A DNA stretch of 64,000 bases from Longimicrobiales bacterium (lineage in GTDB: Bacteria; Gemmatimonadota; Gemmatimonadetes; Longimicrobiales; Gaopeijiaceae): the NCBI GenBank assembly GCA_963664435.2, contig CAXXKM010000001.1, forward strand, positions 320,001 through 384,000, read 5' to 3'. This document shows positions 11,159-21,258 of this stretch, piece by piece. Both the position numbers and the translations under genes were made by a program. Each line of letters opens with the position of its first letter. Within the stretch, counting starts at the first letter, position 1. The notes beneath the pieces are model-generated. The model was given only the letters and a program-made list of their open reading frames with translations. It made no database searches and was not told where the DNA came from.

Positions 11159-12655
11159 CTAGCGAACCAGCAGAATCCGGTTGTTCACGGGATAGAGCCA
11201 CTCCACCCCGCGCTCCGTCACCACGGCGTCGTCCTCCAGGGGGATGCGCACCTTGGCGTTGTCCCACTCCGGGTTGGCCGTGTAGGCGAACAGTTCTACG
11301 GAGATGAGCGTGCCGGGACGCAGCTCGTAGGTCTGCCGGGTCGGGTTGAAGAAGGCCAGCGAGGGGCCGATGCCGTGCCCCCAGTTCCCCACCGAGTGCG
11401 GACCGAGGACGACATCCGTGACCGCCGGATCGTCGGTGGGCTGGTTGAACTCGATGCGGTTGAAGCCGGCAGCCTCGATGGCGGCCCAGGTGGCGTCCAG
11501 CGCCTCCCGGGCGGTGGCGGCGGGCTTGATCGCGGCCTTCATGACGTCGCGCACCTCGACGCCGCGGTCGAACGCGCGCTGGAGCCCGGGCGGGGCTTCG
11601 GTCTCGCCCTCGCGCAGCACATAGGCGATGCGCTTCATGTCGGTGTAGAAATCGAGGTAGCCCACGCCCCAGTCGATCATCAGCAGGTCTCCCCGCTGGA
11701 TGATGCGCGCCGACGAGGTGGCCTCGATGCCCTCGGGGCCGGTGATGTAGATGGAGGGCATGTCGAAGGACGACTCGAGCCCGCGCTCGAGCAGCCGGTC
11801 CCAGATCCACCAGGCCACGTCTTCGAGCGCGGTCACGCCCGGCTCGATGACCTCGTTGGAGAAGGCCCGCTCGGCGATCTCGCGGCTGATCTCGCCGGCC
11901 TCGGCGAAGGCTGCGATCTCCATGGCGGTGCGGGTGGCGCGGAAGTCCGACACGAAGCGCTCGGCCGAGACCAGACGCTCGCCATACGTCGGCCCCAGCG
12001 TCTCCTGCAGATGCAGATACGAGGTATGCGAGAGGCCGTCCGCGCCGCCGATGGAGGCGGCCATGTTGACGCCGATGCGGTCCGGACTGCGTTCGGCCAC
12101 GTAGTCGGCGAGCGAGGCCGCGGAACCGAAGTGGTCGTAGACGCCGCACTGCTCGAGCATGTATCCGCCCACGCCCAGCGCCGTGCGCTCGACGCGCCCG
12201 CCATCGCCCGGGTTGGTGAAGACGTAGTACGCCCAGTCACCCACGTAGCCCCGGCCCAGAGCCTCCCACAGCGGATCCAGCAGCCCCTCCCGCATCACCA
12301 CGATCCACATGTCGAGGTCGTTATCCTGCATCGCCCCGGGGAGGACCAGGTCGAACTTCTCGGCACGGATCTGGCACATGCGCTCCCAGCGGCGGCGCGC
12401 TTCCTGTCCCTCGGCGGGAGAGGCGGCGGAGAGACCGGCTACCAGCAGGACGGCGGCCGGGATCAGGCCGCGGACCGAGGGCGGCGCGGGGGACCGGCGA
12501 CGGGCCGGCAGGTCCGCGGCGGATGGCGCGGTCGAGCGCGGGCGCGCCGCAACCCTCGCGCTCTGCCCGGCTGTCGCGGAGTGGTGCCCCCGCGGCGCTG
12601 GACGCGGTGAGTGTAGAGACGGACGGGCCGATTGGGTATCTTCGGTCACGCGCAT
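11159..12655 (-). CDS. Exported M24-family metallopeptidase (second paralog); start uncertain
   Basis: Signal-like GLIPAAVLLVAGLSAASPAEG; ligands IDWG..FYTD, GPHSVGNWGH, SVEL, PLEDD. Confidence 0.85.
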   Translation of the reverse strand: MRVTEDTQSARPSLHSPRPAPRGHHSATAGQSARVAARPRSTAPSAADLPARRRSPAPPSVRGLIPAAVLLVAGLSAASPAEGQEARRRWERMCQIRAEKFDLVLPGAMQDNDLDMWIVVMREGLLDPLWEALGRGYVGDWAYYVFTNPGDGGRVERTALGVGGYMLEQCGVYDHFGSAASLADYVAERSPDRIGVNMAASIGGADGLSHTSYLHLQETLGPTYGERLVSAERFVSDFRATRTAMEIAAFAEAGEISREIAERAFSNEVIEPGVTALEDVAWWIWDRLLERGLESSFDMPSIYITGPEGIEATSSARIIQRGDLLMIDWGVGYLDFYTDMKRIAYVLREGETEAPPGLQRAFDRGVEVRDVMKAAIKPAATAREALDATWAAIEAAGFNRIEFNQPTDDPAVTDVVLGPHSVGNWGHGIGPSLAFFNPTRQTYELRPGTLISVELFAYTANPEWDNAKVRIPLEDDAVVTERGVEWLYPVNNRILLVR

Positions 12656-12699
12656 GGCAACGTTCCTGAAAGGTGCGAAGTCTCAAGTACATGTATCGG

Positions 12700-13476
12700 A
12701 TGCACACACGCGGGGAATCTCGGCGATCGCCCGCCGTCTGGCAAAGGCGGCGGCTGCCACTCCTCCAGACACTCGTCCTCGTGGGCATCCTGGTCCCCGC
12801 GATTCTTCCCGCGCACCTTCGCGCGCAGCAGATTCCCTCGGCCTACCGCTTCATCGAGACCGCGCAGGAGGCGGGCGCGTCGATGTTCACGGTGGAACCG
12901 CGGGCGGGAATCTTCGGGTTCGGGCCCAAGGGCGGCCGGATCATGGGCTCGTATTATCAGATACGCGTCGGCGGACCGTTCTCCCTCCAGGGCAACGTCG
13001 GGTATCTGCCCACGACCCGGGACGTCATCGATCCGCGCCGGGACGAGGGGGACCGCAAGATCGGCGAAGCAGACCTAACCATGGGGACGGCCGACGTGCG
13101 CCTCCAGTTCACGCTCACGGGCCCGCGGACCTGGTACCGGCTGGCGCCCCACCTGTTCGCGGGCGGTGGCATCGCCATGGACTTCGCGCCGGACCAGGAT
13201 ATCGACATGGTGCTCGAGGAGGATGACCGCTTCTCGTTCGGCCCCTCCTTCCTGGGAAGCTTCGGGGCCGGGATCAAGTTGTTTCCCGTCGACCGCATCT
13301 CGGTACGGGCGGAGGGCGTCGTGACCTACTGGAAGGTCAACACGCCGCGCGGCTTCCTGCGCACCGACCGCGCGCTCCTGCCGCCGCCCGAGGGCTCCGA
13401 CCAGCCTGCCATCCCCGAGGACGGTTTCTGGGCGGTCGGAAGGGGACTGTCCCTCGGGATCGCCTGGCGGTTCTAG
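12700..13476 (+). CDS. Outer-membrane beta-barrel protein; start uncertain
   Basis: Signal peptide ending HLRA/QQ, amphipathic beta-strands, C-terminal WRF. Confidence 0.7.
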   Translation: MHTRGESRRSPAVWQRRRLPLLQTLVLVGILVPAILPAHLRAQQIPSAYRFIETAQEAGASMFTVEPRAGIFGFGPKGGRIMGSYYQIRVGGPFSLQGNVGYLPTTRDVIDPRRDEGDRKIGEADLTMGTADVRLQFTLTGPRTWYRLAPHLFAGGGIAMDFAPDQDIDMVLEEDDRFSFGPSFLGSFGAGIKLFPVDRISVRAEGVVTYWKVNTPRGFLRTDRALLPPPEGSDQPAIPEDGFWAVGRGLSLGIAWRF

Positions 13477-13486
13477 GAGACGGCTG

Positions 13487-14839
13487 ATGGGTGACGGGCC
13501 GGAAGCCCGGAGGGATCGGACGCCGACGACGCGATTCGAGTCCCGCTCCGCCGACTGGCTCTCCTGTACCGACGCGCTGGCGCGGGTCATGGGGCATGCC
13601 CGGGCGCTTCCGGCGCTTCGGCTGCCGGTCGAGGCCGCGAGGGGCATGGCGCTGGCGCGACCGGTCGAGAGCCCGGTCACCCTGCCCCCATGGGACAACT
13701 CGGCGATGGACGGCTACGCGGTGCGGGGCGACTCCATCGCCGGAGCCTCACCCGAAGCCCCCCGCACCCTGCGCGTGACCGGCGCCCTGCGCGCAGGCGA
13801 GGTCGGCGGGGTGGCGGTGGGAGCGGGCGAGGCCGTGCGCATCATGACCGGCACCCCTGTCCCGGAGGGGGCCGACTGCGTGATCCGGGTCGAGGATACC
13901 GACGCCGAGCGCGAACCGGGACGTGTGGCGGTGTTCTCCGAGCGGGACCGGGGCCGCAACGTGCGCCCGGCCGGACAGGACATGCGGGCGGGCGAGACCG
14001 TCGTCCCCCGCGGGACCACGCTGGGGGCGGGCCAGGTCGGCGTGCTGGCCGCGTGCGGGCTCACCTCGGCGCAGGTGCACCGGCGGCCGGTGGCGGCGGT
14101 GCTCGCGAGCGGCGACGAGATCGCCCCGGCGGAGCGGTTCGCCGAGGTCGCGGCCGGGCGCGCCATCCCCGACACCAACGGTCCCATGCTGGCCGCCGCG
14201 GTGGAGGAGGCGGGGGGGGAGGCGGTGCGGCCGGGGATCGCGCGCGACACCGAGGAGAGCGTGCGCGAGCACCTGCTGCGGGGCGCCGCGCAGGCCGACC
14301 TGCTGATCACCATCGGGGGCGCGTCCATGGGCGAGGGCGACCTCTTCAAGCGGGTGCTCGACGAGCTCGGTTACATGCCCGACTTCTGGCGCGCGCGCAT
14401 CCGCCCCGGCAGCCCGTTCGGCTTCGGACACCTGCCCGTCGAGGGGCGAAAGCCCGTGCCCGTGTTCGGGCTCCCCGGGAATCCGGCGTCGGCCTTCGTC
14501 ACCTTCCATCTCTTCGCGCGGCCCTTCATCAGCGCGCTGGCGGGACATCGGCATCCCTTCCCTCCGGTCGTGCGGGCCCGAGCCGGCGTGGCCATGGGTG
14601 GCCCCAAAGGGCTGGCGGTCTACCCGCGGGTACGCCTGCGGCGCGCCCCCGGCGGCGGATGGATCACGGTGCTCGCGGGGCATCAGAGTTCGGCGCTGGT
14701 GGCGCCCACGGGCCGCGCCGACGGGCTGGCGGTGATCCCCGAGGGTGTCGCGGGCATCGCCGAGGGAGAGGAGGTCGACGTGCTGTTGTTCGGCAGTCCG
14801 GGCCGGCTTCGCGGCGAGGCCGGTCGCGGCGCGGAGTGA
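13487..14839 (+). CDS. moeA: Molybdopterin molybdotransferase
   Basis: PPWDNSAMDGYAV, RIMTG, SGDEI, GGASMGEGD and LPGNP motifs. Confidence 0.95.
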   Translation: MGDGPEARRDRTPTTRFESRSADWLSCTDALARVMGHARALPALRLPVEAARGMALARPVESPVTLPPWDNSAMDGYAVRGDSIAGASPEAPRTLRVTGALRAGEVGGVAVGAGEAVRIMTGTPVPEGADCVIRVEDTDAEREPGRVAVFSERDRGRNVRPAGQDMRAGETVVPRGTTLGAGQVGVLAACGLTSAQVHRRPVAAVLASGDEIAPAERFAEVAAGRAIPDTNGPMLAAAVEEAGGEAVRPGIARDTEESVREHLLRGAAQADLLITIGGASMGEGDLFKRVLDELGYMPDFWRARIRPGSPFGFGHLPVEGRKPVPVFGLPGNPASAFVTFHLFARPFISALAGHRHPFPPVVRARAGVAMGGPKGLAVYPRVRLRRAPGGGWITVLAGHQSSALVAPTGRADGLAVIPEGVAGIAEGEEVDVLLFGSPGRLRGEAGRGAE

Positions 14840-14867
14840 TGCGGCCGGACACCGCTTCCGCCAGCCC

Positions 14868-15869
14868 GTGAGAGGCTTCCGCGCGCGCGCTCCCCGGCTG
14901 GCCCGCACCCCCACCGGCGAGTTGGACCTCCTGGCGCTGGTGGTCATCTGGGGCGTCAACTTCACGGTCGTGAAGGTGGTGTTGCAGGAGGTCGAGCCGC
15001 TGGCCTTCAACGCACTGCGCTTCCCCTTCGCCGCGCTGACGGTGTTGATCCTCCTGCGCGCCCAGGGACGGCGCCTCCTGCCGCGCCGGAGGGATTGGGC
15101 CCGGGTCGCGTGGCTGTCGCTGTTCGGACACCTGGCCTACCAGGTTTTCTTCATCTTCGGGCTCGCGCTCACCCTGGCCGGCAACGCCTCGCTCATGCTG
15201 GCGACGGTCCCCATGTGGATCGCCATCCTCTCCCCCGCGCTGGGCCACGAACGCTTCAGCTGGATGATTCTGGGCGGTGTGTTCATCACGATGTCGGGAC
15301 TGGTGCTCGTCATCCTGGGAGGATCCGCGGGAATGACGCTGGGCGGAGAGACCTTGCGCGGAGACCTGTTGATGCTGGCCGCCGCGGTCGTCTGGGCGCT
15401 GTACACGGTGCTGGGGCGCCGGGCGGTGCGGCGCAACGGGGCGCTCGAGATGACCGCCTGGACCCTCTGGCTGGGGACCCCCGCGCTTGTTCTGATGGGT
15501 CTTCCGGGCCTGCTTCGCACCGACTTCGGATCCCTCTCGGCGGGAGCCTGGGGGGGCATCGTGTACGCGGGCGTGCTGGCGATCGGGATCGCATACTTCA
15601 TCTGGTATCGGGGGGTGCGGAGACTCGGCAGCAGTCGTACCGCCGTCTACTCCAACCTGGTGCCCGTGGCTGCGATCCTCACGGCGTGGCTCTGGATCGG
15701 CGAGACCCCGCGCGCGTTGCAGTTGCTCGGGGCCGGCGTCATCTTGGCGGGCATCGCCGTCGTTCGCCTGGCGCCTCCGACCAGGGCGGGTGATCGGGCC
15801 CGCCGAAGAGTCCTGCGGGAACGCCGGCGAGCCGAGAAGGCGGCACGATCCAGGAGGAAACGACGATGA
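14868..15869 (+). CDS. DMT/EamA-family transporter; start approximate
   Basis: IWGVNF, about 10 TM helices, LGHER and WIGET repeats of two EamA halves. Confidence 0.9.
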   Translation: MRGFRARAPRLARTPTGELDLLALVVIWGVNFTVVKVVLQEVEPLAFNALRFPFAALTVLILLRAQGRRLLPRRRDWARVAWLSLFGHLAYQVFFIFGLALTLAGNASLMLATVPMWIAILSPALGHERFSWMILGGVFITMSGLVLVILGGSAGMTLGGETLRGDLLMLAAAVVWALYTVLGRRAVRRNGALEMTAWTLWLGTPALVLMGLPGLLRTDFGSLSAGAWGGIVYAGVLAIGIAYFIWYRGVRRLGSSRTAVYSNLVPVAAILTAWLWIGETPRALQLLGAGVILAGIAVVRLAPPTRAGDRARRRVLRERRRAEKAARSRRKRR

Positions 15870-17185
15870 GTTGCGAGCCGGGAAATCTGCCTCCTCTGCA
15901 AGGCGCATTTCGCCATGCTGGTTCCGGACGCGCACCGGATTCTGGTGCGCGTTTGTTGAACGGCCAGCTGTTGCCTGCGTCTCCAACAGCGCACGCACCA
16001 CATTTTGTTGCGCGGCTGCTCCTGATGGCGGCAGTCATGTCCGGCGCCGCCGGCCCCCTTGTGACCCAGGACTCCCCCGCCGACTACATCGCGCTCATCG
16101 AGGGCGTCCAGAGCCCGAATCGGCAAGGCCTGGACGTGCTTACGTTGCCGGAGGTGATGGAGCGCTTCGGCGTGCCCGGAATGAGCGTTGCCGTCATCCG
16201 CGACTTCGAGGTGCACTGGGCCAGGGGGTACGGGATCGCGGACGTGGTGACCGGCGCGCCGGTGGACACCGGGACCCTCTTCCAGGCCGCGTCGATCTCA
16301 AAGCCGGTGACCGCCATGGCGGCACTGACCGCCGTCCAGGAGGGCCTGTTCACGCTGGACGACGACATCAACTCGATCCTGCGCTCCTGGTCGCTTCCGG
16401 GGCGCGGTTTCACGGACGAACGTCCCGTGACCCCGCGGCTCCTCTTCAGCCACACCTCCGGGCTGGGCGACGGCCACGGCTTTCCGGGCTACGCACCGGA
16501 TGCCCCCCGTCCGACCCCGGTGCAGATCTTCGAGGGAGACGGGCCTTCGAACGTGGGACCGGTCGAGCTGGTGCGCGCGCCCCTCACCGCGATGCACTAC
16601 TCCGGCGGCGGCACGACCATCATGCAGCTGGCCCTGACCGACGCCCGCGGCGAGTCCTTCCCCGACCTCATGCGCCGGACCGTCCTGGCGCCCGTTGGGA
16701 TGACGCGCAGCACCTTCGAGCATCCCCTCCCCCCGGCCCTCGACGTGAACGCCGCGCGCGGCCACCGGGGCGACGGCCTGCCGATGGGACTGGAGAAGTG
16801 GCATACGTACGCCGCACTGGCCGCGGCCGGGCTGTGGACCACGCCCACCGACCTGGCGGGCTTCGCGATCGAGGTGCAGAAGGCGGCCCGCGGCGACCCG
16901 GACCGGGTGCTGTCGCGCGCGAGCGCGCAGGAAATGCTGAGCCCGGTGGGTGTGGGCTCCTACGCCGTGGGCTTCCACATCGAGCAGCGCGGCGAGGGCT
17001 GGTATTTCAGCCACTCCGGGGGCAACTGGGGCTTCGTGTGCTACCTCACGGCGCACAGGGCCAAGGGGTACGGCGTGGTGGTAATGACCAACTCCTCCGG
17101 CGGAGGCGGCTTGTATCGCGAAGTGCTGGAGCGGGTCGAGCGGGCCTACGGGTGGGATTCCCTGGACAAGCCGGTGCTGCGTTAG
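15866..17185 (+). CDS. Serine hydrolase, beta-lactamase/AmpC-like; true start may be nearer 16025
   Basis: FQAASISK (SxxK), LFSHTSG, HYSGGG and HSGGNWGF. Confidence 0.9.
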   Translation: MSCEPGNLPPLQGAFRHAGSGRAPDSGARLLNGQLLPASPTAHAPHFVARLLLMAAVMSGAAGPLVTQDSPADYIALIEGVQSPNRQGLDVLTLPEVMERFGVPGMSVAVIRDFEVHWARGYGIADVVTGAPVDTGTLFQAASISKPVTAMAALTAVQEGLFTLDDDINSILRSWSLPGRGFTDERPVTPRLLFSHTSGLGDGHGFPGYAPDAPRPTPVQIFEGDGPSNVGPVELVRAPLTAMHYSGGGTTIMQLALTDARGESFPDLMRRTVLAPVGMTRSTFEHPLPPALDVNAARGHRGDGLPMGLEKWHTYAALAAAGLWTTPTDLAGFAIEVQKAARGDPDRVLSRASAQEMLSPVGVGSYAVGFHIEQRGEGWYFSHSGGNWGFVCYLTAHRAKGYGVVVMTNSSGGGGLYREVLERVERAYGWDSLDKPVLR

Positions 17186-17277
17186 GGGCCACCCGCAGTC
17201 TGCAACCCGCCCGGCATCGCGCCGCGCCACGAGCTGGCGGGCACCGCCGTGTGCCGTGAGCCGGCAAGCGCCGGACT

Positions 17278-18345
17278 CTATCCCCCGCTCTCGCTCTTGA
17301 GCCGCCGAATCTCCGCGGCCAGCGCCGGCCCCACCTCGAACACGTCCCCCACGATGCCGTAGTCGGCCACGTTGAAGATGGGAGCGTCGGCGTCCTTGTT
17401 CACCGCGACGATGGTGCGCGACGTGCGCATCCCGGCGAGGTGCTGGATCGCCCCGGAGATGGCGAGCGCGAAGTAGAGCTTGGGCGCGATGGTCTTGCCC
17501 GTCTGGCCAACCTGTTCCGCGTGCGGGCGCCACCCGGCGTCCACCACCGCGCGCGAGGCTCCCAGGGCCGCGGTCGGTCCCAGGGCATCGCGCACATCCT
17601 CGATCACGCCCCAGTTCTCCGGACCACGCATGCCGCGGCCGCCGGACACCACGATCTCCGCCTCCGCCACGTCGACGCTGCCACCCGAGGCGGCCCGGAA
17701 CTCCACCACCCGCCCCGCCGCCGGCGCTCCTCCCGCCGGAGTGAACGCCTCTACCCGACCGGCCGCCGCGTGGGTGCCCGGTGGAAACACATGGGGACGG
17801 AGCGACACCACCGCCGGGCTGGCGTCGAAGGTGACGCGCGCAAACGCCTTCCCCCCGTACACCGGCCGGGTGACGACCAGCCCACCGTCCACCACCTCCA
17901 GGCCCGTGGCATCCGAGGCGAGCGGCACGTCGAGGAGCGCCGCCACCCTGGGCGCCAGGTCGGCCCCCAGCGCGCTGGCGGGAAAGAGCACGGCCCTGTA
18001 TCCGCCTCCGGCGACCATGTCGGCGACGATGCGCGCGTAGCCCTCTGACTGGTATTGCGCCAGCTCGGCGCCCTCGGCCACCCGGATCACCTCCGCCCCG
18101 CGCGCGCCCAGCGACGCGCAGGCCGCGCCGAAGCCGGGTCCGCCTGCGGCCAGCCCGTGGGCTTCTCCACCGATTTGGCGCGCCAGCTCGGCCGCGGCCC
18201 CGACGACCTCGTGGGCCGTGGCGCGGACGCTGCCGTCCCGTTGCTCCACGAACGCGGCTACCACACCTGCACCGGACTCCATCTCCGCCTCCGACCCGTA
18301 CCCGGGTGTCGTCAAAGGTTCGGTCAACGCCGCGGCGGCGCTCAC
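17278..18345 (-). CDS. etfA: Electron transfer flavoprotein alpha subunit
   Basis: [38 protein letters not shown] overlaps the etfB stop (alternative ATG at 18282). Confidence 0.95.
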   Translation of the reverse strand: MSAAAALTEPLTTPGYGSEAEMESGAGVVAAFVEQRDGSVRATAHEVVGAAAELARQIGGEAHGLAAGGPGFGAACASLGARGAEVIRVAEGAELAQYQSEGYARIVADMVAGGGYRAVLFPASALGADLAPRVAALLDVPLASDATGLEVVDGGLVVTRPVYGGKAFARVTFDASPAVVSLRPHVFPPGTHAAAGRVEAFTPAGGAPAAGRVVEFRAASGGSVDVAEAEIVVSGGRGMRGPENWGVIEDVRDALGPTAALGASRAVVDAGWRPHAEQVGQTGKTIAPKLYFALAISGAIQHLAGMRTSRTIVAVNKDADAPIFNVADYGIVGDVFEVGPALAAEIRRLKSESGG

Positions 18346-19091
18346 AGCGCCCCCGCCTCCTCCCGCAGCAGCCGCACCAGCTCGGGAACCGCCTTCACGC
18401 CCTCCCCCACGATCCGACCCGGTGGGCGGGGTGCAGGCAGTTCCAGCTCGAGCACGCGGAGGCGCGCGGCCGGGAGCTTGGCCGGCCGCCGCTCCAGGGG
18501 CTTGCGGCGCGCCGCCATGATGCCCTTGAGGGTGGCGTAGCGGGGCTCGTAGGCACCCTTGGTGATCGTGACCACGCACGGAAGTGGCAGATCCACCACC
18601 TCCGTTCCCCCCTCCACCTCGCGGTGACAGCGGACGTGGCCGTCCCCCGCCTCCAGGCGCGTCACCGCGGTCGCACAGGGCCGTGCGAGCAGCGTGGCGA
18701 GCATCGGGCCCACCTGCTGCTGGTCGTCGTCCGCCGCCTTCACCCCGAGCAGGATCAGCGGGGCGTCGGCTTCGGCGAGCTCCTCGGCCAGCGCCTTGGC
18801 GGTCGCAAGCCCGTCCATCGTGACCTCGCCTTCCAGCAGCACGGCCCGGTGCGCGCCCATCGCCAGGCTGTTCCTGAGGCTCTCCGCGGCGCCCGCGTCT
18901 CCCACGGTCACCGATGTAACCTCGCCCGCCCCCAGGCCTTCGGTCACCTGCAGACCCGCCTCCAGGGCGAACTCGTCGTAGGGGCTCACGATGTACTTCA
19001 CTCCGCTGGTATCGATAGAGACGCCGTCGTCACCGACGCGTATCCGCGTCTCGGTGTCGGGTACCCTGCGGATGCAGACGCTCACGTTCAC
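18342..19091 (-). CDS. etfB: Electron transfer flavoprotein beta subunit
   Basis: VCIRRVPDTE, SPYDEFALE, PRYATLKGIMAA. Confidence 0.95.
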   Translation of the reverse strand: MNVSVCIRRVPDTETRIRVGDDGVSIDTSGVKYIVSPYDEFALEAGLQVTEGLGAGEVTSVTVGDAGAAESLRNSLAMGAHRAVLLEGEVTMDGLATAKALAEELAEADAPLILLGVKAADDDQQQVGPMLATLLARPCATAVTRLEAGDGHVRCHREVEGGTEVVDLPLPCVVTITKGAYEPRYATLKGIMAARRKPLERRPAKLPAARLRVLELELPAPRPPGRIVGEGVKAVPELVRLLREEAGAL

Positions 19092-19212
19092 TTCGGGGTC
19101 GCTCCGGTTCGAGGATCAGGACGGGAGAACCGCCGGCAAGCGCGCATTTCAACCACCGGCCGGCGCAAACAGCCCACAGAAGGTACACGAGATCCCGCCC
19201 GGGGGAATGGCC

Positions 19213-20625
19213 TCAAAGCGTCGCCCCCAGCACCGCGAAGCAGACGGCCGCCGCCCCTCCGGCCAGCAGCGCGTAGGGCAGCTGCGTGCGCACGTGGTCG
19301 ATGTGATCGGTGGCCGCCGCCATGGACGAAATGATGGTGGTGTCGCTGATGGGCGAGGAGTGGTCGCCGAAGATGCCCCCGGAGAGCGCCGCCGCCACGA
19401 ACGGGGCCAGCGGCATGCCCAGCGTCTCCGCCACGGGCACCGCAATGGGCAGCATGATGGCGAAGGTGCCCCAGCTCGAGCCGATCGAGAACGCGATCCC
19501 GCCCGCGACCAGGAACACGAGCGGCAGAAAGAGCATCGGCGGAAGCACGCCCTCGGTGACCTGCGCCACGTACTCGCCGGCGCCCAGGGTGCGCGCCACG
19601 GATCCCAGCGCCAGGGCCAGCAGCAGGATGAGCGCCAGCGGCATCAGCCCTCCCGCGCCCTTGAGGCCGGTCCGGGTGAGCTCGTCAAGGGTCGCGCCCC
19701 TCTGCGCCAGCAACAGCAGCCACGCCGCTCCCAGGCCGGCCAGCACCGCCCATAGCACGCTCGTCGACCCGGACCCCTCGAGCATCGATCCGCCGCCGGT
19801 CACGTACAGGCCCAGCGGCATGGTCAGCACCATCACCGCGATCGGCACCAGCATGTTGCGCGCGCGCGGCGCGATTCGGCCGACCGGCGTGGGCGAGAGC
19901 ACCGTCTCGTCCACCATCGGCTGGGCATTGGGCCACAGCACCTGTCCCTCCCGGGCCCGCTTCTCGGCCCTCTTCATGGGACCGATGTCGATCTTCCACA
20001 TGATCGACGCGCCTGCGAGAAGGAAGGCGATGAGCGCGTAGAAGTTCACGGGAATCGCGGCGATGAAGACCCCGAGCGCGTCCTCCACGCCCAGCTCGTT
20101 CAGGATCCCCAGGTTCAGGGCTCCCCAGGCGTTCAGCGGGATGAGGATGCAGATGGGCGCCGAGGTGGAGTCGACGATGTAGGCAAGCCGTTCGCGGGAG
20201 ATGCGGAAACGGTCGAAGAGCGGCCGCGACACCGCCCCGGCCACGAGCACCGTGATGTTCGACTCGATGAAGATCACGATGCCGATGATCCACGCCAGGA
20301 ACTGGGCGCGGCGTCCGTCGGTGACCCAGCGGTTGCCCTCGATCCAGCGCACGAATCCACGCACGCCGCCGGCGGCTTCCAGCGTCGCGATCATCGCGCC
20401 GATGACCAGGGTGAACAGGATCACCCGGGCGTTGCCGGGGTCGCCCAGCACCGCCACGGTCTGCTCGATCGCGGTGGCGAGGCCGGCGAGCGGGTTCCAG
20501 CCTTCGAGGATGGTCCAGCCGATCCAGATGCCCGCCGCAAGCGACACGTAGACTTGCCGGCTCCAGATCGCCAGTACGATCGCAAGGACGGTGGGAAGCA
20601 GCGAAATCCAGCCGGGTTCGTTCAT
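19213..20625 (-). CDS. NhaC-family Na+/H+ antiporter-like transporter
   Basis: [23 protein letters not shown] and [16 protein letters not shown] motifs; ATGA overlap with the mpg stop. Confidence 0.9.
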   Translation of the reverse strand: MNEPGWISLLPTVLAIVLAIWSRQVYVSLAAGIWIGWTILEGWNPLAGLATAIEQTVAVLGDPGNARVILFTLVIGAMIATLEAAGGVRGFVRWIEGNRWVTDGRRAQFLAWIIGIVIFIESNITVLVAGAVSRPLFDRFRISRERLAYIVDSTSAPICILIPLNAWGALNLGILNELGVEDALGVFIAAIPVNFYALIAFLLAGASIMWKIDIGPMKRAEKRAREGQVLWPNAQPMVDETVLSPTPVGRIAPRARNMLVPIAVMVLTMPLGLYVTGGGSMLEGSGSTSVLWAVLAGLGAAWLLLLAQRGATLDELTRTGLKGAGGLMPLALILLLALALGSVARTLGAGEYVAQVTEGVLPPMLFLPLVFLVAGGIAFSIGSSWGTFAIMLPIAVPVAETLGMPLAPFVAAALSGGIFGDHSSPISDTTIISSMAAATDHIDHVRTQLPYALLAGGAAAVCFAVLGATL

Positions 20626-21239
20626 CGGGTTCCGCCTGTGCGCCTGGAAACGTGAGGATTGCCCTGAAGGAAGAAGCGCAGTTCGCGGTCGCGCGCCCGG
20701 GTTACCCCGATGCGCGGGGACCGTGCGACGCTCCCGGCCGGAACCGGTTTCCGAGGAATGAGACGCAGGGGCGCCCGGTCCAGGAAGTGGCCGTCGAGCG
20801 CCCCTGTGACGCCCAGTGCCTGGCAGAGCCGCGCCGGACCGGAGCACAGGTCGCGGGTCCTGCCCCGCCGCGCCGCCATGGTAGCGTCACCCGCCACCGG
20901 CTCGAGCGCGCGCACCAGCACCGCGGCCGGAAAGCCCTCCTGCCCGGTCACGACGTTCAGGCACCAGTGCATGCCGTAGATGAGGTAGACGTAGGCGATT
21001 CCGGGAGGACCGAACATGGACGCGTTGCGCCTGGTGCGGCCGATTCGCTCGGCGGCGTGGGACGCGGGGTCGTGGGGTCCGGTGTAGGCCTCCACCTCTA
21101 CGATGCGGCCCGCCGTTCGGACGCCGCCCACGGTCGACTCCACCTCCCAGCCCAGAATGTCGGGAGCGACGGCCCGGGCGCCCCTCGCCAGAAGGCCGGG
21201 GAGCGTTTCGTTCGAAGCAGAGGGATCGAACGCCACCAC
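20622..21239 (-). CDS. mpg: DNA-3-methyladenine glycosylase (MPG/AAG type); in the given sequence it is also in frame with the upstream NYN ORF
   Basis: [42 protein letters not shown]; own GTG at 21239. Confidence 0.9.
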   Translation of the reverse strand: MVAFDPSASNETLPGLLARGARAVAPDILGWEVESTVGGVRTAGRIVEVEAYTGPHDPASHAAERIGRTRRNASMFGPPGIAYVYLIYGMHWCLNVVTGQEGFPAAVLVRALEPVAGDATMAARRGRTRDLCSGPARLCQALGVTGALDGHFLDRAPLRLIPRKPVPAGSVARSPRIGVTRARDRELRFFLQGNPHVSRRTGGTR

Positions 21240-21258
21240 TCGCTCGACCGCGCGCCGC

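Noticed and set aside
9730..12655. Creatinase plus sarcosine oxidase pathway
   Set aside because: The M24 protein keeps all five metal ligands and looks exported, unlike creatinase; the flavoprotein resembles MgdA more than SoxB
15866..17185. Antibiotic-resistance beta-lactamase
   Set aside because: Generic SxxK serine hydrolase with YSG in place of YxN, in a non-mobile context; activity cannot be inferred
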